NCBI GenBank assembly: GCA_964016885.1 | Contig: OZ024756.1 | Location: forward strand, 44,082,001 to 44,146,000 | Reading direction: 5' to 3' | DNA length: 64,000 bases | DNA from: Eledone cirrhosa | Taxonomy: Eukaryota | Shown: piece after piece, positions 1 to 10,296 of the stretch | How positions within the stretch are numbered: position 1 is the first letter of the stretch | Layout of the letters: each line of letters opens with the position of its first letter | The notes under the pieces: model-generated | What the model was told of the DNA's origin: nothing | What the model saw: only the letters and a program-made list of their open reading frames with translations | The model's database searches: none | Program-made: the position numbers and the translations under genes

Positions 1-102
1 TCTTGTTGCATTCGTCAAATTCATTACAGACACGAGAATCATGGTAATGGTCAAAGATACAGTGTTCTGGCACCAACAATGCATCACTTTGGAATGGTCC
101 AA
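1..102 (-). CDS. APP: APP-family gene, exon equivalent to APP exon 4 (start of copper-binding domain); truncated by the window edge
   Basis: Acceptor tttctcctttccag; phase 1 (G|TT=V). Translates VGPFQSDALLVPEHCIFDHYHDSRVCNEFDECNK, matching human [33 protein letters not shown]. Confidence 0.95.
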   Translation of the reverse strand, partial: MDHSKVMHCWCQNTVSLTITMILVSVMNLTNATR

Positions 103-303
103 CTGGAAAGGAGAAACAAAGTAATATGTTGTATTTATTTATGAGGTTTAATAGAATAAAATAATTCCTCATCAGAGGAGAGCTAGGTGGTGGTGATGGG
201 GGGGGGGGGGGGGCTAGGTAGGGGGAAGAAGGAGTAGGTGAGAAGGACAATAGCTAAACTAAACCAATATTGGAAAGAGAGAAGATAAAATGTGAAGACT
301 TAC

Positions 304-436
304 CTAAACAACGGAATGGTCTGACCGTGTGGTTGCCATGTTTGTGGCAGTGAGTGGCATTAAAACGGCACCAGTTCGGAATGGTCACTTTGGAGCTTGC
401 TTGTAGGACATTGGTCACTTCATGATCTGGGTATAA
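304..436 (-). CDS. APP: APP-family gene, exon equivalent to APP exon 3 (growth-factor-like domain, C-terminal half)
   Basis: Acceptor ctctctcag, donor gtaagt; 133 bp, phase 0-1. Translates LYPDHEVTNVLQASSKVTIPNWCRFNATHCHKHGNHTVRPFRCL, matching human [43 protein letters not shown]. In frame with both neighbouring exons. Confidence 0.95.
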
Positions 437-531
437 CTGAGAGAGAATACATGTATATACAACAGTGTTAAAGTGGACAGAGAATTTGATGGTAGAAAAT
501 ATTTCATGAGCTGTTTCAAATTGAAGATTAA

Positions 532-729
532 CCCTTTAGCATTTAAACCTGCCATATCTGGCCAGAATTGCCTCACCTCTTTCTGTTCAAACCGGCCATA
601 ACCAGCTGCTCATACTGATGGTAAGGTATTGTTCTCGAAATAAATAATATCAAAATCTCAGATTCGATATTATGTGAGATAAAGCCTTTAACACAATAGT
701 AAATATAGAGTAAAGTAAATGGTAAAGGG
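532..729. mobile_element. piggyBac-like MITE (family 1) in the intron between the APP exons at 304-436 and 2612-2779
   Basis: TTAA|CCCTTTAGCATTTA ... TAAATGGTAAAGGG|TTGA: 13/14-bp TIR with TTAA-like target site. Confidence 0.65.
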
Positions 730-1333
730 TTGAGACAGAACCTGACAGTGAAGTTATCATTAGTGGCTCACTTTCATCGACTACTGTCGAGATGATGGAT
801 CTCACTCTCATGCCCCAGAATCCCCTGTCCCCCATCGCTGCCCCCAGGTCCTGTCTGCTGATTCCCGTATCCCTAGAGATAACGTCAGGGAATGACAGCT
901 TCCTACTCCTAGTCAGGCTGGAGTCAGGGTTCCAGAGCAAGAGAGCGGATATGATTTCACTTTACTGAGGTGTCAGGTGATGCCCCATAAAGATGCTTGG
1001 TTTTTGTTCAGCATCCTAGCCTCGCTATCACTAGCAGTAATGTTGCAAGCATGTTGAGTTGCCTCAAAGATTTCCAATGATCTTTGTGTCACCAATTGAC
1101 ACACTCGGAGTTCAATTGATCTTTTTCTTTTATCTTTTCCTCTTTCATTGTATATTTGTTGTTTATTATATTTATAAAGTTCCTAGCAATAATTAATTGA
1201 TTATATGTATTTCTATTTAATCTTATATATTTGTTATATGATAAAAATTTGGTAGTGATAAAATAATTAAAAAAAAAAAAAAGGAAACACCATATTAATC
1301 CAGAGAAAATATGGACATTAAAATGCTATGAGG

Positions 1334-1495
1334 ATCATCATCATCATCATTTTACGTCCGCTTTTCCCTGCTTGCAAGAATGGGATGGGTCCTATTCAGC
1401 ACAGCATCTCTCCACTTGTCACAGTCCTTCGTCATCTCCGTGAGCTTCAGCGATCTGAAGTCTGCTCTCACCACCTCCGCCCATGTTTTTCATGG
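1334..1495 (-). mobile_element. RTE LINE 3' fragment (family B)
   Basis: Near-identical by eye to 62897-63050; ends in ...cttgcaagcagggaaaagcggacgtaaaa(tga)n. Confidence 0.8.
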
Positions 1496-1597
1496 ATGAT
1501 GATGATAAATAAATTTTATGATTTAGTAATAATTTTTTTAAACTCTTTTAATAGCAACGTGCTTGAAACAGTTCTGGTTTTATAAAAAAAAAAAAAA

Positions 1598-1691
1598 ATT
1601 CTCAGGGACATAACACATCACCCAGTCCAGAAATAGAACTCAGAACCTCACGATTGTGAATCTAACTCTTTAACCACTAAGCCACACACCT
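1598..1691 (-). mobile_element. degenerate tRNA-derived SINE head
   Basis: Reverse complement gives ggcttagtggttaaagag...gtgaggttctgagttcta...gggtgatgtgttatgtcc, a diverged copy of the SINE head at 42483. Confidence 0.6.
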
Positions 1692-2326
1692 ACACTTGTT
1701 ATATTAATGTAATGTTGAATACAATTTTATGTTATTTAGATACAGTGATAAGATGTAAATCCCACTCTGAATAGGACATCACTCTATTACAGGTAACATT
1801 AGACAGATGATCAGGTAATTAAAAGGTAAATCAATGCAATGTAATGTAGTTTTATGTGAGAGAGACACTAAAGATTGAGATATAAATATTCTGTTGAAAA
1901 GGACACAGCAGTCTTGTTACAGAGATCACCTGGTGTCTATTGAAATGGCAGCTCAGGTGAAGAGAGGTGGTGTAGATAATGGAAACCTGAACCACCAGCT
2001 ACGATATTGAGAGAGGGGAGAGTAGATAACGAGAGAGAGGAGAGAAATGTAGGTAGGTAGATCAATAGAGATGCAGACAAATATAAAACTATTCATTAAG
2101 TGTTATATAGAAACAGATTGTTTCAATGTCAAGAACATCAGATCTGCTGAGGAGGGATTGTTACTTGAACAACCTTTGATAGCTTAACTACTTATGTATA
2201 CACCTGTGTAGCTTACCTCACACACATATACACCTATGTAGCTTACCTCACACACACACATATACACCTGTGTAGCTTACCTACTTCTGTCTATACACAC
2301 ATACCCACAAAACAGAAATTAGAGTA

Positions 2327-2360
<34 letters not shown>

Positions 2361-2534
2361 ATCATCCAGTTTTTGATTCTGGCAAGACTCCTTATAGTCC
2401 CGCTGCATATGTTTCTGTCTGCCAGCCTCAGTTGGGCCATGCCTAGCTTGATCTCGATGGACATCCTCCATCCAAGTACTTTACTGAAGAATGGTAAAAT
2501 CCTGATATATATATATATTTATATATCATGCTGA

Positions 2535-2593
2535 AGACACATGGCTCAGTGGTTAGAGTGTTGGGCTTGCAACTGTGAGGTTGTGAGTTCAAT
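2535..2593 (+). mobile_element. tRNA-derived SINE head fragment just downstream of an APP splice donor
   Basis: gacacatggctcagtggttagagtg...ggttgtgagttcaatt contains Pol III A and B boxes. Confidence 0.7.
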
Positions 2594-2611
2594 TTTATAG
2601 AAAATACTTAC

Positions 2612-2779
2612 AATTTTACAATAGGAAAGTATTTGAACAGGACTGGTGAGACAGCTCTTGCTGGTGTCAGTGTCAGCTTCCCATCCGTTTGGTGTTCGGT
2701 GCATGGCAGGTTTGTTGCAGAGGAAGGCAACCATAGGCTCAAATTTTCGGGAATTCATGTCCATGTTGACAACTACAGC
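2612..2779 (-). CDS. APP: APP-family gene, coding exon equivalent to vertebrate APP exon 2 (growth-factor-like domain, N-terminal half)
   Basis: Acceptor tttacag, donor gtaagt; 168 bp, phase 0-0. Translates AVVVNMDMNSRKFEPMVAFLCNKPAMHRTPNGWEADTDTSKSCLTSPVQILSYCKI, which aligns by eye to human APP EPQIAMFCGRLNMH...[26 protein letters not shown]. Confidence 0.93.
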
Positions 2780-3097
2780 CTGTAAAATATAGAAACAGAA
2801 CGGAGAGGAATTCGTTAAGAAGTTTTATAAATGGAAAAAGTAGATATAAAAATTTATAAAAATACTAAAAAAGAACAATACAAAATATGAAAAAAAAGTA
2901 ATTTGGTAAATAACAATTTTGAAATTCATCATCATCATCGTCCTTTTTAAAGCCAGCTTTTCTATACTAGAGCTAGAGAGAGGGAGACGGTAAAATAGAG
3001 CCATAACTATATGCTGCAAAGCATTCTGTCTGATGCTCTACCGATACTGCCAATCTATCATCCTGGCCCTAGCAACATTTATAATAAAGACAGCCGT

Positions 3098-3916
3098 GAT
3101 GGTTGTGGTGAAGTGGTGCTAATGTTAGATGGAGGATGGTTGTGGTGAAGTGGTGCTAATGTTAGATGGAGGATGGTTGTGGTGAAGTGGTGCTAATGTT
3201 AGATGGAGGATGGCTGTGGTGAAGTGGTGCTAACGTTAGATGGAGGATGGCTGTGGTGAAGTGGTGCTAACGTTAGATGGAGGATGGCTGTGGTGAAGTG
3301 GTGCTAGTGTTAGATGGAGGATGGGTGTGGTGAAGTGGTGCTAGTGTTAGATGGAGGATGGCTGTGGTGAAGTGGTGCTAATGTTAGATGGAGGATAGCT
3401 GTGGTGAAGTGGTGCTAACGTTAGATGGAGGATGGCTGTGGTGAAGTGGTGCTAGTGTTAGATGGAGGATGGCTGTGGTGAAGTGGTGCTAAACTTAGAT
3501 GGAGGATGGCTGTGGTGAAGTGGTGCTAATGTTAGATGGAGGATGGCTGTGGTGAAGTGGTGCTAATGTTAGATGGAGGATGGCTGTGGTGAAGTGGTGC
3601 TAATGTTAGATGGAGGATGGCTGTGGTGAAGTGGTGCTAATGTTAGATGGAGGATGGCTGTGGTGAAGTGGTGCTAATGTTAGATGGAGGATGGCTGTGG
3701 TGAAGTGGTGCTAATGTTAGATGGAGGATGGCTGTGGTGAAGTGGTGCTAATGTTAGATGGAGGATGGCTGTGGTGAAGTGGTGCTAGTGTTAGATGGAG
3801 GATGGCTGTGGTGAAGTGGTACTAAACTTAGATGGAGGTGGGCTGTGGTGAAGTGGTGCTAATGTTAGATGGAGGATGGCTGTGGTGAAGTGGTGCTAAT
3901 GTTAGATGGAGGATGG
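3098..3916. repeat. 37-bp minisatellite, ~22 copies
   Basis: Unit gatggctgtggtgaagtggtgctaatgttagatggag. Confidence 0.95.
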
Positions 3917-4135
3917 GGATCTCTCGGTCAAGATTATAGCATCACTAAGTTGATTTAACAAATGTTTTGACCTATTTTTATATGAAAGCATTAGCTTAGT
4001 TTTGTGAAGCCATCTTGAATCGTTCTATGTCAGACAGATGGTTAGATGTGAACTCACCAATAACATCACTTTAATGTCATTAGAGCAAAAATTTCCCCAC
4101 AGCAGTGATCTTTTAAGATATAATCAATATATAAT

Positions 4136-4391
4136 TGTGGTGATGGCTGTAGTTATAGTAGTGGTGGTGATGGCAGTAGTTGTGATGGTGGTGAGGGCAG
4201 TAGTTGTGATGGTGGTGAGGGCAGTAGTTGTGATGGTGGTGAGGGCAGTAGTTGTGATGGTGGTGAGGGCAGTAGTTGTGATGGTGGTGAGGGCAGTAGT
4301 TGGGGTGGTGGTGGGAGTAGTTGTGGTGGTGGTAGTGATGGCAGAAGTTGGGGTGGTGGTGAGGCCAGTACTGGTGGTGGTGGTGGCAGTA
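4136..4391. repeat. 24-bp GTG/GTA-based minisatellite
   Basis: Unit gtggtgagggcagtagttgtgatg. Confidence 0.85.
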
Positions 4392-4637
4392 AAATCTAAG
4401 CAAATTTCAATAAATACTGCGACATTTCTTCAGCAGAGAATGTTAAGAGAGAAGTAGAGTTGTAAATACCAGGAGATTAAACCACGAGAGTGAGAACTGG
4501 TCACTACGGCAACAGACGGGATTACAGAGGAAAAGTAATACTGTTGGAAAGTAAATTACTATTGATGATGATGATGGTGGTAGTAGTAGTAGTAGTAATA
4601 ATAATAGTAGCAGTAGTTATAGCGATCATTGTTATAA

Positions 4638-4872
4638 ATGATGATATCAACAGTGGTGATAATGATGATGATGGTATCAACAGTGGTGATGATGATGATG
4701 ATGGTATCAACAGTGGTGGTGATGATGATGGTATCAACAGTGGTGATGATGATGATGATGGTATCAACAGTGGTGATGATGATGATGATGGTATCAACAG
4801 TGGTGATGATGATGATGGTATCAACAGTGGTGATGATGATGATGGTATCAACAGTGGTGGTGATATCAACAT
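4638..4872. repeat. 27-30-bp (GAT)n-based minisatellite
   Basis: Unit ggtatcaacagtggt(gat)n. Confidence 0.9.
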
Positions 4873-5027
4873 CAGTATTGCTAAATAATTATCTCGAAAC
4901 AATCTACTTCCAATTATTATAATTCTACAAAACCTCACAAGTCTCACTATAACAGATTCTTCAAACCATTCCTACTGCTTAAATAACTGTGTGTGTGTGT
5001 GTGTGATTGTGTATGTGTGAGTATGAG

Positions 5028-5058
<31 letters not shown>

Positions 5059-5943
5059 CTTCATCTTATCTTCAGGGATGACACTTCAAAAGACATGTTA
5101 CTAGACTAGTTTACTTACAATACGTTAAACACACATTACAGCACACATGTTAAACACACACATCACAATACACACATGGGCAATGAGGAAATCCTAATAA
5201 GGTTACAGTCTGCTAGACATAGCAGCCATATAAAATATAAAAGGAAGAACAGAGAACCATCACCACCACCGATGACAAGAATAACCATAACCACCTCTAC
5301 TGACAACAACCATGACCACCACCACCGACGCGACGATGACCACCAACGACATAAACCATGACCACCACCACTGATGACAACCATGACAACAACCACCATG
5401 ACCAATATTATAGGAAGAAAATTAAAACCCAGCAGAAGGAGAAAAAAATATTTCCAAAATTAATTAATAAGTTGATAATAAATGCTAACCAAATGTGTCA
5501 ACCCGTTGAAATATTTGAGAGTAGGGAGTTATCTGGTGGAAGAGGGTATGGAATGTAAGATAAACGAGAGAAACTAGAAATACAACAAAACTATGTTCTT
5601 ATATATTTATTTATTACACTGAATTGAAAATTCCAGACTGACAATCCCTGAGGTCACACAGATGGTTTACCAAATTAGTTTGGTTTGCTCTAGAAAATAT
5701 ATGAACACAATAAGCAGACATGATTGTGTGGCTAAGATGTTTGGTGTGTAACCATAGTTTTAGGTTCACTTTGGACAATAAATATCTTCTAACTATAGCC
5801 TTCAGATGACTTGTGAGTTGTATATTTACATATACACATGTGTGTATATATATATGTGCACATGTGTATATATATGTGTGTGTGAAGTATGTCTATGTAG
5901 GTACCTGTGTAAAAAGGTACAAATATAATTTTACATCAACAGG

Positions 5944-5982
<39 letters not shown>

Positions 5983-5988
<6 letters not shown>

Positions 5989-6633
5989 TTAATGTGTAAT
6001 GTTTGAGTGTATATAAACAGCAATTTAATGTGTAATGTTTGAGTGTATATAAACAACAGTTTAATGTGTAATGTTTGAGTGTATATAAACAACAATTTAA
6101 TGTGTAATGTTTGAGTGTATATAAACAACAATTTAATGTGTAATGTTTGAGTGTATATAAACAACAGTTTAATGTGTAATGTTTGAGTGTATATAAACAA
6201 CAGTTTAATGTGTAATGTTTGAGTGTATATAAACAACAATTTAATGTGTAATGTTTGAGTGTATATAAACAACAATTTAATGTGTAATGTTTGAGTGTAT
6301 ATAAACAACAGTTTAATGTGTAATGTTTGAGTGTATATAAACAACAATTTAATGTGTAATGTTTGAGTGTATATAAACAACAGTTTAATGTGTAATGTTT
6401 GAGTGTATATAAACAACAATTTAATGTGTAATGTTTGAGTGTATATAAACAACAATTTAATGTGTAATGTTTGAGTGTATATAAACAACAATTTAATGTG
6501 TAATGTTTGAGTGTATATAAACAACAATTTAATGTGTAATGTTTGAGTGTATATAAACAACAATTTAATGTGTAATGTTTGAGTGTATATAAACAGCAAT
6601 TTAATGTGTAATGTTTGAGTGTATATAAACAAC
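5983..6633. repeat. 36-bp minisatellite, ~18 copies
   Basis: Unit caatttaatgtgtaatgtttgagtgtatataaacaa, near-perfect. Confidence 0.95.
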
Positions 6634-6696
6634 GAAAAGTTGAGAGAAAAACTGTATATAAGAGAAATCAGATATTACATGCAAAAGAGAAAACTG

Positions 6697-6892
6697 TGAT
6701 GATGAGTGTTGGGTGAAGAAGTGTCAGGGAGACCCCAGTAGAAATATGTGGTAGAGGTAGGCCAAGGAACAGTGGTAAGAGCTGATTCTAGGATGAGCTG
6801 CCTCACAAAGGAGACAAAGAGATAAGTGGAGCGAGAAGCTATATTAAAGAGGATGTACCTAATCCATACAAGCGTGGAGAAACGGTTGTAAT
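6697..6892 (+). mobile_element. degenerate RTE LINE 3' fragment
   Basis: Remnants of WVKKC and GRGRPR coding sequence; ends in ccatacaagcgtggagaaacggttgtaa, a decayed RTE terminus. Confidence 0.65.
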
Positions 6893-7819
6893 TGTTAATT
6901 TTAGAGGTTGAGATATAGAGATATAAAGAATTAACAAGGAAGCAGAGTCATGCTCCATAACTTCACATAGAGAAGCAAACATTAACACAGACATAAGTTA
7001 TGATGTACGGTTCTAATTGGCCAGTAAAACAAAATATTCATACTTAAATGTTTAATTGTCAGTTATTATTACAATTATTATTATAATGATGATGGCTGAA
7101 CATGACAATGGAAACCACATTACACATGCTTCACAACACATTAAAACAACTCCCTGTATCACACCACACTTGTTAACCTACATACCAATACTATTACATA
7201 ATACACAGACTTTCATCAAATATCCGTGTGTGTGTATATATAAATAAACCTGATGTACCTCAGTCCCCCAAACCGGAAGTACCTCCCCCAAAACCACAAG
7301 TACCCCAAGGTCTAAATACATCAACTACTCTTTATTTTGTTAGTGGCTTACACACATTTCAGTTCTGCAATAAAATTGTTCTATATTTTATTAATGAATA
7401 AGAATAGCAGGTGTTTGTCACAGTTGGAATGTCTGTTGTGTTAGGATTTAATTATTCAATGTTACAGAGACAGGAAGAGAGGGATTAGGGTGGGGAAAGA
7501 TTGCACTTAACCCACCTCAAGTAATATTTAGCATTCTAGAGTAACTAGAGCAATGAAAACACTGTATAGACCACCTCACCCCAGAACTCTGTCACTCACC
7601 CCGTAACTCCTGACTGAGTCAAAGGAGCACTGCTATGGCATACAGGTCTTGAGCATTTAAAACCTTGTGGAGCTCATCCTCCCCTCCCTCTTTATATATA
7701 TATAAAGTCTACATATATACACATAATATAATACTTCTTACATAACAGGAAACTCATATGGACATGGAAATTTTAAACAAAAGAATCTGTGACAAAAGAG
7801 AACTGTAATAAATCTGATA

Positions 7820-8162
7820 ATCATCATCATCATTTTAGTTTTACGTTCGCTTTTTCCATGCTTGCAAGGGTGGGACGGGAACTGATTCTGGCTTCATTTC
7901 TACAGCTGGATGCCCTTCCTAACACCAACCTCATTTACAATGAGTGCTGGGTGATTTTTTGCCATGGCACCTCCACGACCACTTTGCAGTGGAATGATAT
8001 GGACCCCAGTCCCTATCATCTCATTTCTACAGCTGAGTAAACTGGAGCAATGTGAAATAAAGTGTCTTGCTCAAGGAAACAACACATCACCCGGTCTGAG
8101 AATTGAACTCACAACCTTTCGATTGCAAGGCCAATGCGCTAACCACTAAGCCATGTGCCTCC
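7820..8162 (-). mobile_element. tRNA-derived SINE, CORE-like family with RTE-type tail
   Basis: Full copy of the element at 42483, 42994, 49710 and 55725: A/B boxes, ccttgagcaagacacttt CORE-like motif, (tga)n tail. Confidence 0.9.
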
Positions 8163-8164
8163 AT

Positions 8165-8370
8165 TATAATAATAATAATAATTGTTTCTACTTTTGGCAC
8201 AAGGCCAGCAATTACCCAGTACATTACTGGTACTTTATTTTATCGACCCCGTAAGGATGAAAGGCAAAGTTGACCTCGGCGGGATTTGAACTCAGAATAG
8301 AAAGGGCCGTAACTCTATGCGTCAAAGCATGGCGTCCGACCCTCTACCGATACTGCCAATCCACCGCCCT
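8165..8370 (-). mobile_element. tRNA-derived SINE, second family (Meta/MESC-like central domain)
   Basis: tggcagtatcggtaga...gagttcaaatcc, then gcctttcatccttacggggtcgataaaataaagtacc, with an (att)n tail; copies at 48960 and 55513. Domain name is from recall. Confidence 0.85.
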
Positions 8371-9070
8371 TATAATAATAATAATGATTTCTTTATTGGC
8401 CACAAGGGCTGACATCAAGAAAAACATTACAGACGACACAGGATGGTACAGAACCTTAGGATGTAGGTTTGTGCGGTTAAAGATTTTTATTATTTATATA
8501 AGAAAGGAAAAGGAAAAGACATTGAAACATATAATAATAATAACTGTACTGACAACATTAAAAAAAAACTATCATATATCAACTAATGTAATATTTCATA
8601 ACAACAACAGTAACAACAATAAAAACAACCTGTGTAAGTAGGGATCAGATCAACTTTCATTTCACATCCCCTATAGAGGGGGTGGGAGTGTTCTTCATAA
8701 AAACACACAGACAGACCATAAACTCAACACCACAACAATTAAAACAACAATAAAGTAGCAAACAATATGATGACACCGGCTCCATTTTAAAATATATCTG
8801 TTGACATTTTCTGTGTAAATGTGGTTACCTGAGAGGTATGAGTTACAGGAAAGACACAAACATATACACTGATATATACATACCAATATATATACACATC
8901 CACACATTATATATATATATATATATATAGATAGTCCAGAATTAGCCGTCGAAACGGCATGAGCTCTGCCGTCGGGGTCATACTTTTTCATATTTCTCAC
9001 TCTACTACCCTAAGTATTGAGTACTCTGGTGCATTATGGTCCATCTGGTTCCTTACCACAATTCCTTTGT

Positions 9071-9519
9071 TGGAGTGGGGAGACCCAAGATGACTTGGGA
9101 TGAGGTGATAAAAGCCGACCTTACCCAACTACACCTCTCAAAGTCAATGACACACGACTGTGACTTCTGGCGTCACGCAGTAATACAGGGTACCCGACCT
9201 CCCATGGGTACATGCTGAAGCATATAAACAATATGCCCTCACTCCCCCCACCGCAAGGTGGTCGTGGAGGTGCCACGGCAAAAAAGCACCCAGCCCACAC
9301 TGTAAAGTGGACGTGTAGGCGCCACGAAAAAGCACCCAGCACTCACTGTAAATGAGGTTGGTGTTAGGAAGGGCATCCAGCTGTAGAAATCAAGCCAGAT
9401 CAGTTCCTGTATGAGCAAGGCATGGTCAGCCGACCAGACACTGCCCACAACAGGACAACCCGTCTAACCCATGCTAGCGTGGAAGAACGGACGTAAAACG
9501 GTGATGATGATGATGATGA
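9071..9519 (+). mobile_element. RTE LINE 3' fragment (family A) with complete 3' UTR
   Basis: Translates GVGRPKMTWDEVIKADLTQLHLSKSMTHDCDFWRHAVIQGTR, homologous to the C-terminus of ORF 39210-40604; ends cccatgctagcgtggaagaacggacgtaaaacgg(tga)n. Confidence 0.85.
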
Positions 9520-9967
9520 TATATATATATTCATCTTCTGTTAGTGATATGGTGTATGAATGTATATGTGTGTATATTTGTATGTATATATTTGTGTATA
9601 TATGTATGTGTGTATATGTGTGTATATATGTGTATATATGTGTGTGTATATGCATGATGACTATGGTGTGTATGATCTCTCCACTTCTGCACTTTCCTCC
9701 TCCCCCCTTTAAAGGTGTAGCACCTTCCTTCTTTTCATGGGCTCACCAAAGCATACACACTCACATACTCACACACACACTGCACACACACACACTGCAC
9801 ACATACATACACACACACACACACTGCACACACACACACACACTGCACACATACATACACACACACACACACTGCACACGTACACTCACACTGCACACAT
9901 TTAGTTATTTAATCAATTTAACTATCAGACCTACTAAATCATGACACACAATACCCCTTATAAGAGA

Positions 9968-10058
9968 GGGCGTTGGGGTAATGACGTAGGGGCGTTGGGG
10001 TAATGACGTAGGGGCGTTGGGGTAATGACGTAGGGGGGTTGGCGTAATGACGTAGGGG
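9968..10058. repeat. 22-bp G-rich tandem repeat x4
   Basis: Unit ggggcgttggggtaatgacgta. Confidence 0.9.
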
Positions 10059-10296
10059 AGGTTGAATGAAATATTCACTTTACACAGGTAAAGGAGGCCA
10101 CTGCTGTGATTAAAGTTCACTTAACACAGGTAAAGTGGGCAAGGAAGCCATGACTGTCTGACGATGTACACACAGGTAAAGTGGCCTCAAGTGTGACATA
10201 GGTAGTTCACACAGGTAAAGTGGGCAAGCAGGCCTCAGGTGTGACATAGGTAGTTCACACAGGATAAGCAGGATAGCATGGATAAGCAGGGCTCTA

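Noticed and set aside
2430-2482. 5S rRNA-like ccatccaagtact
   Set aside because: Only a 13-bp match, and the flanking similarity is in the wrong order.
2546-2611. 3' part of the 72-aa ORF 2546-2764
   Set aside because: Read-through past the gtaagt donor into intron/SINE sequence; only 2612-2779 is exon.
4395-4436. CTGAAGA...GAAA hammerhead-like motif (also 2146, 53814, 60341)
   Set aside because: Missing NUH cleavage triplet, GAAA or a supportable stem I/II.
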